Shown piece by piece: positions 26,837 to 32,000 of a DNA stretch of 32,000 bases. The stretch's first letter is position 1, and every line of letters begins with the position of its first letter. The stretch is from Acidothermus cellulolyticus 11B (GTDB lineage: Bacteria > Actinomycetota > Actinomycetes > Acidothermales > Acidothermaceae). The stretch spans positions 1 to 32,000 of the forward strand of contig NC_008578.1 of NCBI RefSeq assembly GCF_000015025.1, written 5' to 3'. The notes beneath the pieces were generated by a model. It saw only the letters and a list, made by a program, of their open reading frames with translations. It did no database searches and was not told the DNA's origin. The position numbers and the translations under genes are program-made.

Positions 26837-29221
26837 TCATTCGCTGACGCCCGTGGGAGCCGTCGACGTGAGAACGCGCTTCTGGTCCTGCGTGTTGCGC
26901 TGACCGGCATCCGGTAGTAGTGCGAAGGCGATCTCGTCTTCTTCAGCGTTGTGCAGGTCGAGTACGGCGTGCAGACCGTAGAGCAACCGACGAGCTTCGA
27001 TGACGTCGTCTGACTCCGGCTCACCCCCTACCATCGTCAGCAAGCGCCGAAGTCTGCGTACGTAGTGTTCAATCTCCGCATGGGCCCGGCTCAGGCCGGC
27101 GACGACATCGGAACTGCGCAGCGCACGCGCGACGATCGGCAGCAATTGGTCTTCCTCGGCACGTTCATGCGGGAGGAGTACGGCTTCGAGCTCTCCGACG
27201 AGATCCTCGAGAGCCGAGAAGTCTTCTCGGCATGGCGCGAGAGCATCAGCCACGACTCGCAATCGTTGACCAACGCTGCGGACGACGTCGTGTTCGGCGC
27301 GGAGCCGCTCGGCTACCGCTTGGTCCGCCGTCGCGAGTCCGACGGTGTGTCGCGTACCCGGCAGGAGGGCCCGGAGCGCCAGAGCGATTGCCAAGAGGTC
27401 AATACCCTCTTGAAGTAGCGCCCCTGCTGCGGGCGGCAACAGGCCCAGTCCTGCGGCCGCCATTGCCGCTAGGGACAAGCCCATGCCGGTACCTGCGGCC
27501 TGACCGGCGATCCGCTTCGTTCGTCGTGCCGTAAGAACGGCGTCTGCAAGCGCGTCGACGCGATCGGCGACGAGAACGACGTCGGCTGCTTCCGACGAGG
27601 CCGTCGCCCCACGCCCGGCCAAGGCCACCCCGGCACCTGCGGCGGCTAGCGCAGGTGCGTCGTTGATCCCGTCACCGACCATGATGGTCGGTGCGACGCT
27701 GGATTCTTCTCGAACGACAACGAGCTTGTCGGCCGGATCAGCATCAGCGATAACGGCGTCTATGCCAACCACGCGCCCGACGGATTCCGCAACATCCGGC
27801 CGATCACCGGTGAGCAGCACGATGCGGGTGAGCCCCGCCTTGCGCAGCGTACGGATCATGCGTGGTGCATCTGAGCGGACCGGGTCACGGAGAAGAAACG
27901 CTCCTGCAGGACGGCCATCGACGGCGATGAAAGCAACAGACGAGCCATCCATCTCTGCTCGCCGCTGGGCACGTCGCGCCCACGCTGGTGTTGCCCCGTC
28001 GAGAACCCAGTGTGCTTTGCCGATCCGCACCTCACGACCGTCCACGACGCCGACAACTCCACACCCGGGGATCTCTGCCACGTCGGATGCAACCGGGACC
28101 GACAACTGGGACCGGCCGCTCGCGCGCGCAAAGGCGGCGGCGAAGACATGTGCGGAGAACTGCTCGACAGCAGCAGCCAGGCGAAGCAAGTGACGCGGAT
28201 CGATTGACGTGTCCGCCACGATGATTTCAGCGATCTCTGGCTCACCGCGCGTCAATGTGCCCGTCTTGTCGAAGAGGATGGTTCGCCCGCGTGCGAGCTT
28301 CTCGAGCGCACCGGCACCTTTCACGACGACACCACTCGCCGCAGCACGGGACACCCCGGAAATGAGCGCGATGGGTACGGCGAGGAGAAGCGGGCACGGG
28401 GTCGCGACGACCAGCACGGCGACCGCACGAACAGCGTCACCGCTGAACGCCCATGCGCTTCCGGCCACAGCAAGAGTGAGCGGAACGAAGAAGACCGCAA
28501 GTCGATCAGCCAGCCGTACGAACGGAGTGGCGACACGTTGTGCCTCAGCTACCAGCTGCACCAGCCTGGCGTAGGTCGATTCTGCGGCAGGCGCTGTCAC
28601 CGCCAGTTCGACCGGCGAACCGATGTTGATTACTCCGCTGCGAATTGGCTCGCCGGCTTCGCGCTCGACTTCGCGTGACTCTCCGCTCAGGCTGGATTCG
28701 TCGAAGACACCAGGAGTGAGGAGTCGTCCGTCGACGGGCACGACTTCGCCTGGACGGACCACGACGCGGTCGCCGACTTGGACAGCATCGATCGGTACTT
28801 CCTCGATCACCTCTGCGTCGGAGTCGACGGCTTCGCCGGCGGCCGGTGTTGTACCAGACGTGCGGTACCGACGAGCCTGTTGAGGCGATCGAGCGACAAG
28901 TGCACTGAGTGTCCGGCTAGCCCGCGCCGATGCCCGCTCCTCAAGGAGTTGACCGCTTGCCAGCATGACTGCGATCACAGCACCAGCGAACGGTTCCCGA
29001 ACGGCAAGAGCGCCGGCGAGGGCGAGGAGCGCAATGACGTCGACCGTGGGACGCCGTTTCGTCACCGCTTTGATGGTGGTGGCCAGTGACACCGCAAGAC
29101 CAAGGCTGGTAGCGAGCACCCAGAGGACGACGGCCGCCTTGTGCATGTGCACGAGCCATGCAAGTCCGCCGAGGGCGAGGAAGGCTGTCGAGGTTGTGAA
29201 CAGCCAATGTTCGCGCCGCAT
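26837..29221 (-). CDS. P1B-5-type heavy-metal P-type ATPase with C-terminal hemerythrin-like domain
   Basis: Motifs LSGES (actuator), TPCP in the TM4 position (VVATPCPLLLAVP), DKTGTLT, TGD, GDGINDAPAL, and QEGID in the last TM. No N-terminal metal-binding domain. The last ~170 aa carry an H/HxxxE/H/HxxxE pattern (RAEHD, LPHERAEED, AHAEIEH, LHAVLDLHNAEED). Start set at the ATG at 29221 (GAGGAA upstream). The track ORF start at 29332 adds 37 codons with visibly lower third-position GC. Confidence 0.92.
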   Translation of the reverse strand: MRREHWLFTTSTAFLALGGLAWLVHMHKAAVVLWVLATSLGLAVSLATTIKAVTKRRPTVDVIALLALAGALAVREPFAGAVIAVMLASGQLLEERASARASRTLSALVARSPQQARRYRTSGTTPAAGEAVDSDAEVIEEVPIDAVQVGDRVVVRPGEVVPVDGRLLTPGVFDESSLSGESREVEREAGEPIRSGVINIGSPVELAVTAPAAESTYARLVQLVAEAQRVATPFVRLADRLAVFFVPLTLAVAGSAWAFSGDAVRAVAVLVVATPCPLLLAVPIALISGVSRAAASGVVVKGAGALEKLARGRTILFDKTGTLTRGEPEIAEIIVADTSIDPRHLLRLAAAVEQFSAHVFAAAFARASGRSQLSVPVASDVAEIPGCGVVGVVDGREVRIGKAHWVLDGATPAWARRAQRRAEMDGSSVAFIAVDGRPAGAFLLRDPVRSDAPRMIRTLRKAGLTRIVLLTGDRPDVAESVGRVVGIDAVIADADPADKLVVVREESSVAPTIMVGDGINDAPALAAAGAGVALAGRGATASSEAADVVLVADRVDALADAVLTARRTKRIAGQAAGTGMGLSLAAMAAAGLGLLPPAAGALLQEGIDLLAIALALRALLPGTRHTVGLATADQAVAERLRAEHDVVRSVGQRLRVVADALAPCREDFSALEDLVGELEAVLLPHERAEEDQLLPIVARALRSSDVVAGLSRAHAEIEHYVRRLRRLLTMVGGEPESDDVIEARRLLYGLHAVLDLHNAEEDEIAFALLPDAGQRNTQDQKRVLTSTAPTGVSE

Positions 29222-29817
29222 CGAATTCCTCGTCTCGGGACGGTTCGCTTCAATCTTCTCCAGAAGGTTCGGTGCGCCGTCGAGCGGGGTCGCATAATGA
29301 GCCGCAGCTGCAACGCGGTGTCCGACTCGCAACGGCGGGTTTCTTTGGCAATGCTTGTGCTGACCGTTTCAGGTGAGGGGCGGCGTATGCCCCCGTGCGC
29401 TGACAACGCTTGCCGCCGCTGAATTCTTGATGGCTAAAGTGAGCCTTTCCTTTCCGGCATTGCGCCGATCGTGCACGCGGGGTTGGATATGGGGAAAGGT
29501 GCATCACGCCAGCTGCCGCCTGCGTGGATTTTCGCCCGGACAGCCGCCGACTCTCGGCGCTGCTCTTTGGAAATGTCGAGGACACATGCCTCCGTGTGCC
29601 CACGGAGCACAATGGCGTCTCAGCAGCAATTTCGGCGTACGGCTTCCCGGTTAGCTGCCGCCTAGCGGTTGAGACGGGTTCGCTCATCCCGCCGAGGACG
29701 GTGACCAGGGTCTGGCTGGGAGTGCGTCGACGGGGTCGGTCCATCCATCCCGCCGAGGACGGCAAGCGCGCAACGCGCGCGGTTAGTGAGCACCGCGGCT
29801 CGTAAGGGATTCCCCGG
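29222..29817 (-). other. Long (~600 bp) non-coding region upstream of the ATPase, with internal repeats; candidate leader or ncRNA
   Basis: No convincing ORF in any frame. Locally lower GC (for example 29340-29460). Perfect 17-nt direct repeat CATCCCGCCGAGGACGG at 29685-29701 and 29746-29762. 11-mer AGCTGCCGCCT at 29510-29520 and 29653-29663. GC hairpin GCGCGC-aac-GCGCGC at 29766-29780, just after the upstream lipoprotein gene. Confidence 0.5.
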
Positions 29818-30420
29818 TCAGTAGTTGTAGCCGTAGCCGCCTGAGCTGCTGGGCATTGTGATGATCGGGGTCCCACTGGGCGCGACGATCCACCACGGGG
29901 CACCGAATCCGTTGCTGCCCTGCCCGGCCATCTCACCCGGCTTGGTGTCTTTGTAGAAGTAGTACAGCGGATGGCCGTTGTAGGTCACCTGCGTTGTGCC
30001 GTCCGTGCGCTTCGAGACACCCAATTTGCTTGCGTCGGCTCCCCCTGCGGCGGTCGGCGCGCCGTTGGTTAGCAACGGCGGCCATGCTTTTGCGCACGCG
30101 TTGTAGCAGGTGGACGCGGTGCCACGGTCGGCGTCCCATAAATACAGCGTCATCCCCCGCCCGTCGACGAGATACGTCCCGAGGGGGCCGGTTGCCGTTC
30201 CGACGACCGCAGCTCCGGCCGAAGCAGCGCCGGCCGAAGCAGCGCCGGATGACGCGGCGCCGCCGCCGGCGGCCTGGGCGGTGGATGTGGAGGCGGTCGA
30301 ACCGCCGCCGTACGACGAACTGCTGCACCCAGCCGTGAGCAGGGCGGCGAACGCTACAGCGGCTAGGGCAATCGGTCGGCGGGCGCGCATCGCGGTCGAG
30401 AGTGTCAGTCGGTCAAGCAT
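29818..30420 (-). CDS. Lipoprotein of the secreted-repeat family (COG4315 / PF03640-like, Yx(FWY)xxD motif)
   Basis: 200 aa. GGAGG lies 7 nt upstream of the ATG at 30420. Lipobox LLTAGC, a Gly/Ala/Ser linker encoded partly by a 15-nt tandem repeat, then two repeats of the type GxxLYxWDxD and GHPLYYFYKD. Confidence 0.8.
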   Translation of the reverse strand: MLDRLTLSTAMRARRPIALAAVAFAALLTAGCSSSSYGGGSTASTSTAQAAGGGAASSGAASAGAASAGAAVVGTATGPLGTYLVDGRGMTLYLWDADRGTASTCYNACAKAWPPLLTNGAPTAAGGADASKLGVSKRTDGTTQVTYNGHPLYYFYKDTKPGEMAGQGSNGFGAPWWIVAPSGTPIITMPSSSGGYGYNY

Positions 30421-30611
30421 TGTGTGCCTCCGAGGTGAGGAGCGACCGGGGCCGGTTCCTCAGCAGTAACGAGCGGTCGGAGGCCGCGGTTCAGCCGGGT
30501 CGACGGGCGACATCGCGCCCGTTCACATGCGCACGGGATCACCGCGCGCCAGCGTGTCACCGGTGTTCCGGAAACCCGCACGTTCAGACAGGCAATGGAT
30601 CACCGTATCCG

Positions 30612-31544
30612 CTACTGATCGCGATCGTCGCGGTGACGGCGAGCCTGCTCGGCCAGGAACCGCTCCAGTTCGGCGGCGAGTTCGTCGGCGCTTGGGAGAT
30701 TGTCTGTTCCGCCGCCCAGCGGGGATTCACCGCTTCTGGCGTGCAGGAAAGCGTCGTACTGTTGCTCGAGCGTGGAGACCATCGCCATCGCATCGGTCGA
30801 CTCGCCAACCTGGCGGTCGATCTCGGCAAGCGTCGCCGCTGCGGCTGTTGCGATCGGCTCGCGGGGAAGGTCAAGGCCGGTACGTTCACGCAGCTCGTCG
30901 ATGAGGCGCAGCGCCGCGGGTGGAAATTCGCTCTGCGCCACGTAGTGCGGCACGTGCACGGCGATTCCCATCGCCTTGCGGCCTTGTTCGCCGAGCCGGA
31001 ATTCCAGCAGATGCGCCGCGCTTGCCGGCACGTGCACCTGCTGCAGCCACGGCCGGTTGCCCGGAATGAGGTCCTGCGACGTCGCGTGCCGGGTGACGCC
31101 GATCGGCCGAGTGTGCGGCGTAGCAAGGGGAATCGCGTTGAGTCCAACAGTAACGTCGACGCCGTAACGCTCGAGGAGCGTGCACACGGCGGCGACGAAA
31201 CGCTCCCATTGCGTGTCCGGTTCCGGGCCGGTAAGCAGAAGAAACTCCCGCCCGCCGCCGTCCGTCACCGCGTGGACGACGAGCTCAGGGGCGTCGTACG
31301 CGGCCCAGTGGTCTTCGTCGAAGAGCATCGGCGGACGCCGCGCCCGGTAGTCGAACAGTTGATCGATATCGAACCGGGCGATTTCCCGGTGATCGAGGGT
31401 GTCCAGCAGGTGCCGGGCGGTCAACCGTACCGCGTCGCCGGCGTCGACGTACCCGGACAACGCGTGAACGAGAATCAGCGGCGCATCCGGCGCGCGCGCA
31501 GGCGGTGTGCCGCTGATGGTGTACAGGTCCGTGGGATCCAGCAC
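30612..31544 (-). CDS. PAC2 (proteasome assembly chaperone 2-like) family protein
   Basis: 310 aa. The N-terminal pattern PLILVHALSGYVDAGDA and overall length and composition fit actinobacterial PAC2-family proteins. Assigned from memory of the family, not searched. Confidence 0.8.
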   Translation of the reverse strand: MLDPTDLYTISGTPPARAPDAPLILVHALSGYVDAGDAVRLTARHLLDTLDHREIARFDIDQLFDYRARRPPMLFDEDHWAAYDAPELVVHAVTDGGGREFLLLTGPEPDTQWERFVAAVCTLLERYGVDVTVGLNAIPLATPHTRPIGVTRHATSQDLIPGNRPWLQQVHVPASAAHLLEFRLGEQGRKAMGIAVHVPHYVAQSEFPPAALRLIDELRERTGLDLPREPIATAAAATLAEIDRQVGESTDAMAMVSTLEQQYDAFLHARSGESPLGGGTDNLPSADELAAELERFLAEQARRHRDDRDQ

Positions 31545-31642
31545 GATGCCTCCTGACAGTCATTCTCCCCGATCTCGCGTCTGGACGCAGGGTTACGGTT
31601 CGCCGGCCGGAACCCGCGCTGCGGGTCGGACGCGGCGCCGCC

Positions 31643-31710
31643 GATCCCAGCCGCGGCACGACGTGACGGATCCCAGCGGCAGTGGGTCGCGGATCCCAGT
31701 CGCGGCACGG
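31643..31710 (+). repeat. Three tandem-ish copies of a GATCCCAG-containing ~23-26-nt unit in the PAC2/glpD divergent region
   Basis: GATCCCAGCCGCGGCACG (from 31643), GATCCCAGCGGCAGTGGGTCGCG (from 31669) and GATCCCAGTCGCGGCACGG (from 31692). They lie 70-135 nt upstream of the glpD start. Confidence 0.7.
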
Positions 31711-31778
31711 TCGCCGCGGCTCGACGTAACCGCCCAACCACCATGCCAGGGCGGATGATGGGATCGAGGAGGTCGCCC

Positions 31779-32000
31779 GTGACACGTGCAGCGCAGGTTC
31801 GCCGGCAGCTCACCCGTACGACGCTTCAGCACGGCATCTTCGACGTCCTCGTCGTCGGCGGCGGGATCATCGGCCTCTCCACGGCGTGGCACGCCGCGCG
31901 CTCCGGCCTGCGGGTCGCGTTGGTGGAGGCAGGCGACTTCGCCGGCGCCACGTCAAGTGCGTCGACGAAATTGGTGCACGGCGGGCTGCGCTATTTGGCG
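31779..32000 (+). CDS. glpD: FAD-dependent glycerol-3-phosphate dehydrogenase, 5' partial (runs off the window)
   Basis: Hand translation from the GTG at 31779 (GAGGAGG upstream): VTRAAQVRRQLTRTTLQHGIFDVLVVGGGIIGLSTAWHAARSGLRVALVEAGDFAGATSSASTKLVHGGLRYLA. Shows the Rossmann GxGxxG and the GTSSxSSKLxHGGLRYL-type signature. In-frame ATGs at 31755 and 31758 are alternative starts. Confidence 0.85.
   Translation, partial: MTRAAQVRRQLTRTTLQHGIFDVLVVGGGIIGLSTAWHAARSGLRVALVEAGDFAGATSSASTKLVHGGLRYLA

Noticed and set aside
26809-27024. Upstream extensions of track ORFs: propeller lipoprotein to 27024, sortase to 15229, pknB to 19241, ATPase to 29332, gyrB to 4872
   Set aside because: The extensions overlap upstream genes or have atypical composition. 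Internal starts give canonical N-termini (lipobox, TM anchor, kinase start) with ribosome-binding sites or coupled overlaps.
29430-29654. 74-codon plus-strand ORF rich in Cys, His and Trp (MAKVSLSFPALRRSCTRGW...) inside the ATPase leader, considered as a small metal-binding protein
   Set aside because: Third-position GC is only about 60% by my count, far below that of the surrounding genes. The Trp/Arg-rich composition is typical of non-coding frames in high-GC DNA. There is no ribosome-binding site.
29222-29817. Resemblance of GAGTCGGACACCGCG (minus strand) to the cobalamin-riboswitch B12 box; also considered yybP-ykoY, NiCo and TPP riboswitches and RNase P/SRP RNAs
   Set aside because: The match is only partial. 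I could not find the other conserved cores (GCCACTG, GGGGAGTAG, CTGAGA and so on). Any class assignment needs a covariance-model search.
30402-31556. 384-aa plus-strand ORF antisense to the PAC2-family gene
   Set aside because: The translation is Arg-rich and low-complexity. The minus-strand frame gives a globular, PAC2-like sequence.
31643-31710. Short repeat arrays (here and at 14298-14340, 16583-16644 and 29685-29762) considered as CRISPR arrays
   Set aside because: There are only two or three copies, the units are too short or directly adjacent with no spacers of regular length, and there are no cas genes.

Overview
This window is the chromosomal replication-origin region of a high-GC actinobacterium. 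The conserved backbone runs dnaA, oriC, dnaN, recF, DUF721, gyrB, gyrA, DUF3566, tRNA-Ile, a DLW-39-type micro-ORF, tRNA-Ala, a CwsA-like gene, ppiA, rhomboid, crgA, DUF881, sortase, a small membrane protein and trpG/pabA. It continues on the minus strand with the cell-wall/STPK operon fhaA-fhaB-pstP-rodA-pbpA-pknB (no pknA), then tRNA-Leu. Two parts depart from that backbone. (1) A compositionally atypical 1.6-kb cassette sits between tRNA-Ala and the CwsA-like gene. It encodes a secreted Cys6 protein and two small 2-TM proteins, and is bracketed by a 45-nt imperfect direct repeat (40/45 identical). (2) Downstream of tRNA-Leu lies a minus-strand block. It holds a PF03640-type lipoprotein, a ~600-bp repeat-containing non-coding leader, and a P1B-5-type P-type ATPase with a TPCP motif and a C-terminal hemerythrin-like domain. 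Only 28 nt further on is a lipoprotein made of two tandem beta-propellers (Kelch-like plus NHL/ASST-like). The window ends with a PAC2-family gene and the 5' end of glpD. Smaller signals are a cluster of three DnaA-box-like 9-mers about 12.5 kb from oriC, a perfect 31-bp tandem duplication across a stop codon, and short repeat arrays in several intergenic regions. I recognised no rRNA, CRISPR array, transposase or integrase. All calls come from reading the sequence and ORF track. No database search was run, so family names rest on motif recognition and conserved synteny.
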